A DNA stretch of 63,001 bases, the filler included, from Choristocarpus tenellus KU-1152 (Eukaryota; Protista; Phaeophyceae), in the NCBI GenBank assembly GCA_964200185.2. It is 9 parts of 9 records of this genome, joined end to end, with 100 filler letters (N's around TTAATTAATTAA, not from the genome) between each part and the next. Parts side by side here need not be neighbours in the genome. Positions count along the whole stretch, not along the records: positions 8,536 to 17,983 come from CAXNAD020003668.1; positions 18,084 to 26,793 come from CAXNAD020004420.1; positions 26,894 to 40,554 come from CAXNAD020001416.1; 6 more parts are not named here. One strand, given 5' to 3'. The translations under genes and the position numbers were made by a program. The notes beneath the pieces were generated by a model that saw nothing but the letters and a program-made list of their open reading frames with translations, made no database searches and was not told the DNA's origin. The first letter of the stretch is position 1, and the number at the start of each line of letters is the position of its first letter. Positions 14,601 to 27,611 of the stretch are shown here, piece by piece.

Positions 14601-15026
14601 CCACACCTCTCCATTCAGAACACTAAAAAAATGTAACGCACAATCTGTTTTTGAACAAGTCATCAAGTGACTACATGAGAACCTGGTTCATAATGGACTG
14701 GGGGGACACAATGTCATTACTTTCTCATTATACTCCACCAAGCACTACACACACCACACAAATCCATACCAGCAAAGACACAAAGGACTTATGTCCATAC
14801 AGCACCCTCTGACATGGTCACTCTCTTATCACAATACACACAGGCAGACACTTACCGCTTCGGGGTAGATCAAGTCAGAACCAAGCACCACATCAAAAGG
14901 TCCCAACTCTTCCATCAGCTGAATCGCGTCCTTGTTGTTCCCCCAGCGAAGGTGGCAACTGTGTGCAGGCCGGCATCCCTCCTCAGACTTCTCCTCTCCA
15001 TAGAATCCGATATTGACCATGATGTT
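11662..15026 (-). CDS. SAM-dependent methyltransferase, Methyltransf_16/METTL21-like (5' exons not found)
   Basis: In-phase GT-AG exons 15026-14856, 13340-13191, 12817-12725, 12134-11881, 11692-11662. Motifs N..VN...LRWG...FDVVLGSDLIYPE...FFSTAAASLRAGGILLVTHELR are typical of family 16. The last two exons are less certain. Confidence 0.75.
13959..14065 (+). repeat. ~105-bp direct repeat, second copy at 15311-15418
   Basis: ctgaaatata..tcaaaattgagg..aaa.agttctgata..ataa..aaaaataacta.tacttctg.taaga.agtaatga.cggtgttgt is present at both sites. Confidence 0.8.
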
Positions 15027-18000
15027 CTAAAGAATGGTGGAACCAGTGAAACAGCATGGAGTGGTGCAGGGGAAAAGGGGAGGTATGTGTGGATAGAGGT
15101 GAGTCGCACCTGTTGACCTAGAAGGAAAATAGGAACATGTAGGGAGTATAGAAAGAATATTAGATTGCTTCGTTGTGACCGAGTATGATACTGGTGCCTC
15201 CCACATGCATACACACTACCGACTCCAGTCAGACAAAAGTTGCAGTTGCTTGCAATTACTGAAGCTTCCTGTACTACCATCAACCTGCTGTGATTGTGTG
15301 TTATTGACAACTGAAATATACCTCAAAATTGAGGGGAAAATAGTTCTGATACTATAATAACAAAAATAACTATTACTTCTGATAAGAAAGTAATGAGCGG
15401 TGTTGTGTAGGTACAACCAGCTCCACTGGGACAAGCACACCAATGATAGGAAGAGTAACAAGCACTGGCTATGTCAAGTTCATTACTAGATCACGTGATT
15501 TGCATCACTCCACAGCATCTTGTGCCCTCAGGAATAAGAGGTCGGTAAGGGGAAGATAATAGTGACGGAAATTGAAATGACACACCATGGTTGCAACAGG
15601 ACGAGTTTAAACGTTCTAGAGATAATCCAATCACTAACAACTCCACGTTACCCCAACTAGGTGCAATCCATTCCAGGGTATTAAGAAATTCTGGGCGTCT
15701 CCCTTATTTTGGTACCGCTCATCTGGGGTTTTGTACTCCTTCACATTTTCCCCAACTACCGAAGAACCTTACGCATAGGTTGCGAATCACTCGGAATGTT
15801 TACTCTTTGATAACACTTTTAGCATATATTTGTACAAGGTGTTGCAGTTATCAACACTTCAGAGCACTGGAATGACACATACGATTAATGACAGTCTAGT
15901 TTTCCGTACCCTTCCCCACCCAACCTGCTTCAGGTCCCATAAGCTCCTACTAACCAAATGCCATCTTTGCTGACCTCGTGTAGATGAGAGAGAAGGGATT
16001 GGTCTCCATCAGTGAGGACAACTTCAGATGCCCCTACTCGGTGTGCAATCAACCCGCAAACACCCATCCCCGACCCGAGCTCCAGAACCCGCCTGAATTG
16101 GAAGGGTGTGTCACATAAAAGGAAAGAAAATTCACACTAATAACGAAGTTGAGAGAAACAATTATGAAGGAGTTTGTTGAATAGTTAGACATCTCACACC
16201 TACGGGGAAAAGGAGACATGATTGATGAAGTCATCATCTCCGTTGATTTACACATTATACCACTGTGAAATGGCAATAAGAACTAACAGTGCCAGCTCGC
16301 AGAACAAGAGGGGGCAGACTCACTTTCCTGTTGTTACGCCAGACTTGACCAGGTAAGATGACAACAACGGTGCACAGCCCCATATGGTGTGGCCTCCATG
16401 TTGTACGGACCACTTGGCGAACTTCTGTGTAAGGCGTGGCACTGTTGAAGAACGAATAATGGGCTTTGATCAAGGCAAGTGTGAAATGGGCGTCTGGTTA
16501 GCGACATACCAGCAAGATTACAGCCACTACAGCCTCATTTCTAGTGAGGTAAGGCAGGGAAGAAGAGAGAGACGGTAGGGTACATATTGACAAGACCTAT
16601 GATGACACTCTTGGCAAAGAATCTTGAGATTCGGGCACAGAGCGAGTACTTGAGGAAAGCATAAACCATAAGAGCAACTTCACCTGTCGCCCCGAACTCT
16701 GCCGATGTTACAATTATAATGTGAGGTCCAATTTGCACAGTTCTGGGTCTGTACTGGATTTGGTCTTCAATCGAAATGGTAAAGGCAGACTTTACCATAC
16801 TCCACAGCTTCGCCATGGTCACCCAATCGTCGTTTATATCGAGGATTATGAATGTGGCACAAGTGTCACGAGGTGCCACGAGGTACAATGATATCAGGTG
16901 CTACGATATGAGTCGAGGGTCGGGGGATGTAAACACTTGGAGCAGAGATCCCTCATGCACCTCTCAATTAGTACAAGGATATATGGTGAGTATGGAAACA
17001 GAGGTAGACATCAATACATTCCCATTGTATATAGTAGTATCAATATGTGATGGAAGAAGGTCGTAAGTATTATAGTGTGAGAGACCATCAAGGAATGGGA
17101 TTTCGCCTTTGGAGAGAAAGAAATCACAAAAATAAAGAAGCAATACGTGATGGTATATACAGTACTTATTGAGTGATATCATATCAACTCATGTACGTCA
17201 TATTTCTCAAAAAAATTACTGAGTGTTAGTTTGTTGGATCTATGGATTATGGATCTTATATTCAAACCTTTTTTTGAAGTTAGAACAATATAGTGGTAGA
17301 AAGTATTTAGGACTAATCGCATTTTAATCACAAATATGCATTGAAAGATCTGAATGACAAAGTTTTGGAACTAAATATGATATGGAACAGGTCTAAGGAA
17401 GCAATATCGAAAATAGTACATGATGGAACCAAATTTAGGAAAATAGAGAACTCCTTCTAATTTTATAGTTTCAAAATTCCATTTACCCACAGTTCGAATG
17501 TTTGGTAACGTCCAAAACAAATTCGATCATGGAATTATATAAAATTTGTTGTTCTTGACTAGACATACAATATTTTTCATATTTCGAATTATTGATTACC
17601 AAAATATACAGGTTTTTCAAATTGGAGAGTTGTAATGTTTTCTATACAGTACCTACACCGATTTTGTTCACCCATCGGTATGGCCTAAAAAAGCGGCACA
17701 GAATCTATATGGTATAATATCGATTTTGTACTAATTAGGGTTAGGTTTGTTTTGCTCACGAATTCTGGATCATTATCTTATATTTTCTATTTTTGCATTC
17801 CTCCCTAATCCTCTCCTCTCCTTATTCTAACCCCCCTTGTGCCAACCAGGGCAAAACCCCTTTGGCACTGATTTCCAGCCACCCCAACTCTGATGACCAA
17901 CCAGGACAAACCCAATGGGGGTAAATCAATCTCCAGAGACCGGTCAGCTGGCAACCAGGACAAACCCCTTTTGCACTGGTTTCNNNNNNNNNNNNNNNNN

Positions 18001-18229
18001 NNNNNNNNNNNNNNNNNNNNNNNNNNNTTAATTAATTAANNNNNNNNNNNNNNNNNNNNNNNNNNNNNNNNNNNNNNNNNNNNATGGGGATTGGGAGGAA
18101 ATGAACAAAAGCGAAATGAGTCGCTTCTCCCAAAAATGATCCACCAGGTAACCACTATGCATCCAGAAGGCAAGGTACGTGAGGGCTAACCGATTCATGT
18201 AAGAACACAGAAATCAAACATTGACAGTC

Positions 18230-19424
18230 CTAGTCCCCACAGAACGAAAGACAGAAGTCAGAAACATGAAGTACCCCATACCAGCACAGGCAGTAATCTT
18301 CATAAGGTGCTTTTGTTTCTCGTATCTATCTATATATATATATATATTTCTTTTTCTTCGTTTTTGATTTTATTATCATTATTCTTTCTTCTTTTTTCCC
18401 TTTTTTATTATTTTTCCCTATTCATTTTTTTTTTCCTTTTCCTTTTCGTTTTTGTTAGAGGCCGACGTTGATGTCATTGCCTGTTTTACGCACTAGCAGC
18501 CGTCAGTATGCTTCGTGCTGGGGGGTATGAGACAGGCAATAATCAGATAATACTTGGCATTCTAGGGAAGCTGTACTTTAGAGAGGATTAATCTATCCTC
18601 AGATTAGGCTAGATGTAGACAGATTTTCCCAAGTAAGTCAAGGATAGATGTTGTGGACCTAGTAGGAGTACGGTATATATTTTTTTCTCCCTCTTTTTTT
18701 TGCAACAGGATGATCTGAGGTGATTGATGATATCTGTTGTCTTCACTGGTGACAATCGCCTGTGGTAAGCGTGAAACATGTACTGCTAGTTCACGCTGGG
18801 GGATATGTTACAGGCGAATAGCGCGAGCGTTTCTTCATGTCGTGTTTCAACGAAGTGCAAGCATTTGTTACACGCGAATAACGCGAGCATTTTCTCCTCA
18901 TGTTTTAGGAAATACGAACATTTGTGACAGACTTATAGTGTGAGGATTGTTTCTCGTGTTCTCTAACAAGTACGAACTATATACGATATTAGCATCGCAT
19001 AGGTAGCCTTACAGAATAAATTATGGTTTTGTAGAAGATGCAGAGTAAGATTCGGAATACCTACGTAACATTACAGAAGAAAATGTCAAAGTCACTAAGA
19101 AGTTGCAGAATGAAGGTTTATGATTGGAGTACCTACAGAGCAGTTGATAGAAGACCAAAGAAATTGGGTAGATGATGAAAATAATAAGAGGGCTTTTGGT
19201 CAATCTATCACCCCACTTATGTGCACTGTCCTTAATCTTTTACCTTGAACGAAACTTTGAGTCGAGCTTTGAGCTAAGCACTGAATGGAATATCAAGAAG
19301 AGAAGGACATCTGACACCCTAAAAACTGTTTTAAAGTGCAACGCCCCCATAGTGTGGTTTTAAGGTCGTTGGATTTGAGTTGTACATCCTGTGGAGGCGA
19401 GTTCTGAGGGGCGCCTCTGTAACA
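18230..19424 (-). mobile_element. Dispersed >1-kb repeat with TG-start terminus (LTR-like)
   Basis: Its reverse complement aligns with 24473-25470 (e.g. ggtgacaatcgcctgtggtaagc / gcttaccacaggcgattgtcacc). Both copies terminate at TGTTACA. Confidence 0.75.
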
Positions 19425-19719
19425 GTTGTGGGCCCCTTAGGAAGCAAGAAGAAAGTTATTTAGATGAGTTAGCCACGCACGCGTAGTAGAGTAGAGAAGG
19501 GTGGGAGGATGTTGAAGGAAACGGACCGTCAAGTCCTGTCACGAAATATAGTATCCGGCACTGCACAAGTGGCACTCTCAAGACAAATCGTGTGTTTAAA
19601 GGTAGATATAATGGGGAGATAGGCAAGAAGGGATCTGTCAGATTCTTGGGATGCTTCCCAAGGTCCTCGCCCACCTTTGTAAGCTAAGCTAGGTTAGAGG
19701 CAATGTAGTAGCAGCGTAC

Positions 19720-21845
19720 ACGTTACACATGGTAATTAACTACTTTCAATAGATGATCGTTGTATAGGTTGTATTCAAACAGTAGATTCTTGGAGAGGTG
19801 ATTTTTATGTCCATGAGACTGTTATTTTCACAATAATCCTATGGTGCTACCAATAGCTTATCTCTCTGTGGTTGTTCCGTCATAACTTTTGGTGTAGACA
19901 TCGGATTAAAAAAATAAACGCATATTCGTGATGCCCATCACAATGCACCGCGTTTTCCCTCATTTTTTTTCTATTTTTGAAGAAAAGGCCGCTCATATAT
20001 TGTTGTTCGAGCCCTGGATTGTAGGTCACCAAGAGTGGCGACAGATACACTATTACTTGATTGAAGTATAGGGTTTAGGTGGAGAAAAAGTCTCCCCGCC
20101 TTTTCTTCCTGTGTGTTCCCACACCCACTCTTTGACCTCGGCAAGGATGTCCTCTTCGAGGCCCAGAACGAAACGCCTCTCGTAGTGCCCTTGCTCCGAC
20201 ACCTTGATGTGACCCTTGGTTAGGAAGTATCTCTCCCATCTATTCACAGTTTCCGACCTGACTGTCGTGTATCCTGCTGCCATCTCGAGCGACGTTTGAT
20301 GGTCTTTCCCGTCGTTCATACACACGGACAGGATTCGCAGTTTTAGAGCCTTTACTCTCACGTTTCCTCGTTAAGCGCCAGAAATGGGTGTTGTCCGTGT
20401 TTGCTGGGCGGGTGATATTTTATCATCAAGGCGCAAGGGCGAGGAGGGACCGACTTGAGTTGATCGAAAATTGCGTTGATTTCTAGAATTAATACAGGAT
20501 GGGGAGTTGCCCTTAACCAACTTTATACATCCAACCCTAAGTCCAAGAACAAGAGTGAATGCACGACATCTTGCAATACCTTTCACACCATACCACCAGT
20601 ATGTAAATAGTCTCATTCTCACCTTCTCTTCTTCCCTGGCATCCTCATTGATGGCTGCCTCCACCTACTTCGCGACCTCTTCTAAGTAAAGGATTTGGTG
20701 GTAGCGAAACATCTCTACGACTGCCTTTGTTACGATCGCTTTCTCCTCCGCCTTGCGAGACCTTTCGACCTTTTTTCAGGCTTCAGATCCCTTGTAGCCC
20801 AACCCTAATACCTTCTTTCTCTCGTTTCCTTAAGCCACTCCGGTTTGCACTGCTTCCAATCAGCCAGGGCCTGCTGCAACTGTCGACTACTAAGATATCC
20901 TACAACCGGGTTTTCCCTTAGGTGTTTCCTGAGCGCAATGGCACGTAGTCGCACTACTCTCCTCCCCAACCTTCCCTTTGACCAGCCAACCTGGTTCTCC
21001 CTTCGCCCGCCGTGACCAGGCTTCCCCACAGACTGCATCACTGTACCACCTGGTGATGCACTCACCGCTCTCTTTCTGCTTTCCCGAGGCGGCAGGGACT
21101 GCAGAATAGTGCTCCGCATCGGTTGAAGATCCAACCACATTTGTGTGGTAATGCTTTCAATGCATCTTCTCTCAGCGTCAGCGTCGCGGCCGAGTGGTCC
21201 ATTTCGCGATTTGATCATGCTGCTGCGCCATAGTACACGCACTTTCTCATCACCTAATATCGCACTGAGTGTCACACTGTACTTGTTTTTTTGTCGCCTC
21301 TTGACAGAGAAGGTGCCGAGGGTAGATCCAGGGGGCAGAGCGGGCTCGGCGATTCTCCTTTTCTCACTGTCGTGGTTCTTGCTGCTGTGTGGGTCACGTG
21401 TGTGTGTCCTCACAGAAAGTCTGCGAAAGGCGTAATAAAGATATCCGAGAATCTTGCTTTTTTTTCGGTAGGGCAAAACGCACCGAATTTTGTCAGGGCC
21501 TATCCCGGACCAGTGTTTTGCGGGGAATTAATCCACTTCGTTTTTGTATCTTTTGAGGTTGTGACCATCAAAATTGCGTCGGAATTATCCCCCCGCATTT
21601 TTTCCATTCTTTGATCGGGACATAGTTCCTGTTCACTGGAGTTTGTATATACTTGAATACAAACCGTCAACCCCTCTTGGCATAAGCATTCATTTGATAA
21701 TTATTTGTTTATATACCTCTCGTGGCCCGACAGTGAAAAAAAGCAAGATCGCCACAGACCGCGAAGCTATTGGTACCACCTCACGTTGTGTTTTCCCGTA
21801 ACTTCTGTGGAAAATCTTAAAAACCATAACATTATGTAACACTAC
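19720..21845 (-). mobile_element. Putative internally deleted DNA transposon with HTH/transposase-like remnants
   Basis: Subterminal inverted match 19843-19871 vs 21752-21780. ORF 20053-20361 (SLEMAA..TVNRWERYF..GHIKVSEQGHYERRFVL..EEDILAEVKEW) resembles the N-terminal DNA-binding part of IS630/Tc1-like transposases. Confidence 0.45.
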
Positions 21846-22481
21846 ATTATTAGTAGTAGCGAAAGCAACTAATCTTTAATCGCGTGAAAAATTGAATGGA
21901 AATTTGGGGAAAGGATTCTTCCAGAAAATAATGGAGATGTGTAAACACCTATTTTGTATACTTGTCCCATCTTCACAGTATGCTTGAGATATCTGCACTC
22001 CCAATTGTATATACCCAAGCCTTAGAGGTAGTAGAGGTCGTGGTTAACGTTGGAGAAGATGTTTAACGCCAAGAGTTCATATCTGAGGATACATTTGGGG
22101 CCATCAGGTTGGGGATGGATTTGCAGGACAGTCCGATTCCTTACCCTGCATTTAGGGAGCTTTTTTCATTCAAGCTGGGGATAGATAGCTTGGAACAGCT
22201 TTGTTGCTCTTTTCTGCTCAATGAACCATGCCAGTAACTGCAACATGAGCTTGATGAGCAACTCGAATCTGCTGTGCAACTTGCCATTGTTCGGGATTCA
22301 AACTCTCGGTGGAGTAGGGTTTCTCGCCACCTCAATAATTCCGCTGACCATATGAATACACGGATGTGGAGTACGGGGTAGGTATCAGGGAACACTGACG
22401 TCAAGGGTGTCTACTTGGCTAGCCAGTAGGCTAACGGGTGTTATTAGGCTATCAAAGTCCTCCGTAACCATACTTGTATGC

Positions 22482-22741
22482 GAGTGAAAGTATCTTAGAG
22501 GGCACGAGTTTTGCCCTGTTTGTCCATTATTTGGGGCTTGGATCCCAGGGTTTTTTTATGACATTTTCCTGCTCCAAAATGTCGAGGAGTAGGTAAAATG
22601 TATACGTTATGAAAAGGTGTATCGGAAACATAGATATTGATACTTTCTAGCAAACACGATAACAAAATTTTCATCAAAATCACAACATTGGATTTTGACC
22701 CCCAAACGGACGCGCCTCTACCCTCTAAGATACTTTGGCTC
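22482..22741 (-). mobile_element. MITE copy with perfect 4-bp TSD (ATGC)
   Basis: atgc|GAGTGAAAGTATCTTAGAGGG...CCCTCTAAGATACTTTGGCTC|atgc. Confidence 0.93.
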
Positions 22742-24472
22742 ATGCGCAAGTCATAGCAGAAGAATCTTTTCTCGTCTTACACACAGAGACTTGAGGCCAT
22801 GAAGCTTTTCCAGTTAATAAGTCCACCCATCTCCTTGTTATGCTGGGTTTTGACACCCCATTTCAGATTTTTCATGCATGTGTCAATTGTAGTTAGTCTT
22901 AAGCGCAGTAGATATACATCATCATTTTCCCTATCCCACCCCGAGGGTTTCTTGTACAGAGCTGATGAGGATATATGCCTGGTACCTGTCTGTCAAGAGG
23001 TAGGCCTCCTCGACATAGGTAGGGGGGATGATAAGAGGCTCACCCAGAATAAAACGTCCTTCCTCCAGAGTCGTTTCAGGGACATAGAGCAGAGGAATAA
23101 GCACTAGCCGTTCAATGATGCTGTTGATCGGCATTAAAATAAACCTCTCCCATGTGTCTTGAATCATCCAAGTTGATGGAAAGGAGGGGATTCCACGATT
23201 CTGTCGTCGTTGAGTGTCGTTTTTTCCACAAGAATCCAAACGTTGTGCTTGCCTAGTGGAACAGTGGTATGTCAATCTTTGACAGCCTACACTTCTTCGT
23301 GACATGGCAGCACTGCAGCCAGGGGTCAATTTTCATTCTCCTTGTTACCATGAATGGAGCGAAAGCTCAGAGACTTCCATACCACAGCATCTTGCAGTGC
23401 ACTCCCACTTCTCCAAGTGAATCCCGCCTCTAATTGAATGAAAAAACAACTTGCAAAAAATGAAATTAATACGTCATTTTTATCAAAATATCTTGTACAA
23501 TTATTTTTCAATTCTGTAATAAAAGCTTTAATTTTATTATTTTTTCAATTAAACTTAGTCAGTGCCATCTGTGCCTGTAGGAGAAAGGAAAAGGGCACGA
23601 GAACGCACATTGCGCACCGTATACTTTGACAAGAATCGAACGTCAGCTTGCGTTTGGGATTTTCTGGTATTCACTTAGGGTAAGATGTGACTTTTTTGAT
23701 CAGTAGGAAATAACAATGGGTTGAAAAATCTCGTCTATTTAAAAAAAATACTTTTCGAATCTAAGCCAGACAAGAGTCTTCTCCCCCCACTGCAGGCTGA
23801 TGGGAGCATCAGGTAGCTTAGTCACTGTGGATTGCGCACTCGTGTGGATTCGTTCCAGAATAGTGTGAAAAGCGGCAGCATCAAATCAATGGAGAAAACA
23901 GTGTCTTCTTGTCCGTATGATCATAAGAAGGGCATCAACACAACAATGAGGTATACATCAGGGTGAAGACATGGATGGGTAAAGAGAGTCAGGCAGTCAA
24001 AGGTCACATCACTCTCTACCAACCTTCCCTTGCAGTGTGCCATCTCTGCCTCTCTCGTGGGCAGTCAATTTTTCATATGTAAGTGTGCCTCGCGAATAGC
24101 CATGTGTGGATGGTTTACGATGGGTCACACATTTTGTACAAGTGTCTCAGGAAGAGAAAGCACTGGTAATGGGACAGGGGTGTGATGCTGGGGGAAACAC
24201 ACAGCAGGAGGACGTCCCACATGTGGGTAGGCAGAAGAGGCAAAGAAAACTGAGGATGGCACAGCCAGTGTTGGTGTAAAGAAGTATACTCTAATGTCCT
24301 GCACTAACGGTGGACAAGAACAGCATATCACCCAGGGCAGGTAATCAAGTCCTGTCACCAGGACTGGTGGATATATTGCAAAGGAAAGACGCGTTTAATA
24401 CTTGGTAAGAGTGCAGAGGTTAGTACAAGTATAATATTATTAATCGAGTCAAAGTATATTAGAGGGTAGAGC

Positions 24473-25470
24473 TGTTACAGCGTGCCCCTCAGAACTCACC
24501 TCCACAAGATATGTAACTCAAATCCAACTACTTTAAAACGACGCCACGCGGGGGTCCACAGATGATGACCATGTATGGTGTCAGTTGATGCTTAGCTCGG
24601 TCAATGTCTCGCTTTTCGCTTTATCAAAAGAGGGTAAGAATCAAAGAACCGAGTGTGTGGTCATCAGCACTCAGCCTTTTATTAACACCATTCACCATTT
24701 TTCTATAGCCAAAGAGTTAAATGAAGTCTGCAAACTGCTATGCAGATACTTCAATCATAAATCTTTATTCTGCAAGTTTTAGGAATTGACATCTATTCTG
24801 TAAGATTATGTATGCATTTCAAATCTTACTCTGCATCTTCTATCAATTCAAAGTTCCTCTTACATTAATTCTTACGTATGTATACTGTTACACGCATTTT
24901 GGCACACAGAAAGAAATGCTCACGCTATTCGCCTGTAACATGCCCCCCAGCGTGTCCTAGCAGTAAATGTTTCATGCTTACCACAGGCGATTGTCACCGG
25001 TGAAGACAATAGATATCGTCAATCACCTCAGATCATCCTTTGGCAAGGAGAAAGAAAGAAAGAAAATAAATTCTAACATGTCCAAAACATATATCCTTAT
25101 CTACTTGGAGAAATCTCTCTACATCTAGCCTAATCTGAGTAAACATTTACTCTTCCGAAGTACAGCTTCCCTAATGTGCTACGTATCATTTGATTTTTGC
25201 CTGTCTCATGCCCCCCAAGCACAAAGCATACTGACGGCTGATAGTGCGTAAAACAGGCAATAACCTCAACATCAACATCAACATCAGTATTTTAAAGAAA
25301 AGAGACAAGGGACAGAAAAGAGAGGACTGAAGAAAGAGCAGAATAAGAAATTAAGGGGATCAGGTACCCGGTTTACAGAATATAAAAAAATCATATATAA
25401 ATGAATGGCTGTTCTGATGTGGGTTAATTCATGGTTTCAACTTCTGCTATCCTACGTTCCATGTAGGGAT
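24473..25470 (+). mobile_element. Second copy of the LTR-like repeat, abutting a truncated MITE end (24446-24472)
   Basis: GAGTCAAAGTATATTAGAGGGTAGAGC is followed directly by TGTTACA. An internal motif (tgcctgtc..atg.c..ccaagcacaaagcat...tagtgcg.aaaacaggcaat) recurs at about 26235-26300. Confidence 0.7.
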
Positions 25471-27611
25471 TACCTGTTTCACCCTTACCACAGGCAATAA
25501 TCATTATCTGGATAGTAAATATCCATCACCTTAGATCATGCTGCGGCGGCATGCATATTTGCCCTGTGGTAACATAACGGCTTCAGTTCCGACTCTGCCA
25601 ATTCTTTCCAACATAGGGACTCCAGTTCAAAATCAACCCATGTATTCCAACAATGATCAACAATCCCCTTGTTTCCTTAGAGAACGGATCCTCAAAAGTC
25701 ATAAGGCACAGTCAAGATCAATGTATGTCTGACCAGATAGGAGTATATACGTTATTTAAAAATATATGTAACTCCAACTAGCCCCAAAACAGGTCAACAA
25801 ATATCCTTGTTTAACCTGGGAAAATTTTCCCCAGGGTCACAGAGTATCATCAGAGTCAGATTGACCCAGGCCTAGTCTGAGTATACATTTGCTCTTTCTG
25901 AAATGCACCTTCAAAATCTACAAAGTATATATCTCTGACATGGCCTAAAATGAATGGGTCCCCAGTTCCAATCACTCTAATCACAAACGTGATTATAATT
26001 TATCCACGTTCCCTTCAAGGTGTCCATAAGGTCACACAATGCAATCTCCATTAAATTGTGTCTGCCAAGTATACACTTGTTTCTTTCGAACTGGACCTTC
26101 AAAAGTTACAAAATACATAGCTCTGATTGGGCATACAATTCATACATCCTCCGTTCCAATCTTCCCGGTTATATCAATGCAAGTGCTATCAAGGATTAGA
26201 CTTATATTATTCATGATCTACTCGGCATCCGATTATTGCCTGTCCTATGTCCTCCAAGCACAAAGCATGCTCAAGGCTGCTAGTGCGCAAAACAGGCAAT
26301 GACAAAAATTAAGATAAATTAAGAAAGAAGGGCTAATGATAGCAACAAGTAGTAGTAATAATAAGTAAAGAGCGACAAAAGAAATAAAAAATGGCAATAA
26401 ATAGAAAATAAAAAAAATAGTATGTGGATGATGAGGGTAACAAAGTGGAAACTGAATAAAAAATAAAATAAAATACAAGAACAAAAAAGCAAGAAAAAAT
26501 AAAAATAGTAAAGTCGGTAAATAAGGAGAGTAACAAGTATGAAAAAGAAACGAAATTGAAAATCAGGGGATGATAGGATGAGAACTAAACATAAATAAAC
26601 ATTAGAAAAACGAAAGTGAGATATAGAAATAAAAAATAGAGAATTCAAGATCACAGAGAGTTGTTACAACCTAGAAAAGAGGAAAAAAATAAATACAAAA
26701 TAAAAACGTAGTGAGTTCAGTGTTTATACTTTCTAAGAACTTCAACCTATACAATCGATGTATATTAGACCCAAAGTAACTGGGAGGGGGGGGNNNNNNN
26801 NNNNNNNNNNNNNNNNNNNNNNNNNNNNNNNNNNNNNTTAATTAATTAANNNNNNNNNNNNNNNNNNNNNNNNNNNNNNNNNNNNNNNNNNNNGGGGGTG
26901 TAGGTTGAAGATGTTGCCCTCCCCCCCCGCCCCAAACAAAACTTGATAAAAGGAAAAGTTTTGTTTCCCCCCCCCCCCCCCCCCCCCCCTCTTAGATACT
27001 AATGCCAACTCTCGAAGGCGAACAAACCTCTATCATTACTTCAGTTTCATCCTATAATCCTTAAGGGGCAAAAACTTCATTACTCAAGTACATGCCGAAA
27101 TACTAAAAAGAAAAGGCGAAGGCAGGCAGCAGTCAACCCCGCGCAGTTGTTACTCCCCTCCCTCTGCTCCTTGTTTACCCGGGCTGAGGGCCGTTTGGTC
27201 TCCCACAAAAAAAAATAGCGGTCTTTCCTGCAGCTGGAAATTCGTATCCCCCCTCCCTCTCATTCTCCCCCTAAAGGATACTCCGCTTAAGAAGACAAGG
27301 CCGAGGCTAACGCAGAAGGTACAGCGCCAACATTGCGATGCATATCAATGGAAGAATAATATTGATGTGCAACAAAAGAATTATTCTTAATTCTATCAAC
27401 ATATATATATATATATACGTACCACGATCACAACTCTCACTACACAATCTCTTCTACAATTTTTTTCTTTTTGTTCTAGAATTGGTGCTGTCAATGCACC
27501 ACAGTGATACATGAGTAGAAAAACGTCAAGATGCATGTGACACACCTAGATGTACATTACGCGCACACATAATGCACCGACAAAGAATCCCTGAGCAGGC
27601 GCAGTACAAAC

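Noticed and set aside
21900-24400. Possible LINE remnant on the minus strand
   Set aside because: Too decayed for me to cite a diagnostic motif.
26319-26654. Hydrophobic F/L/I-rich ORFs
   Set aside because: Translation of an A-rich low-complexity tract.
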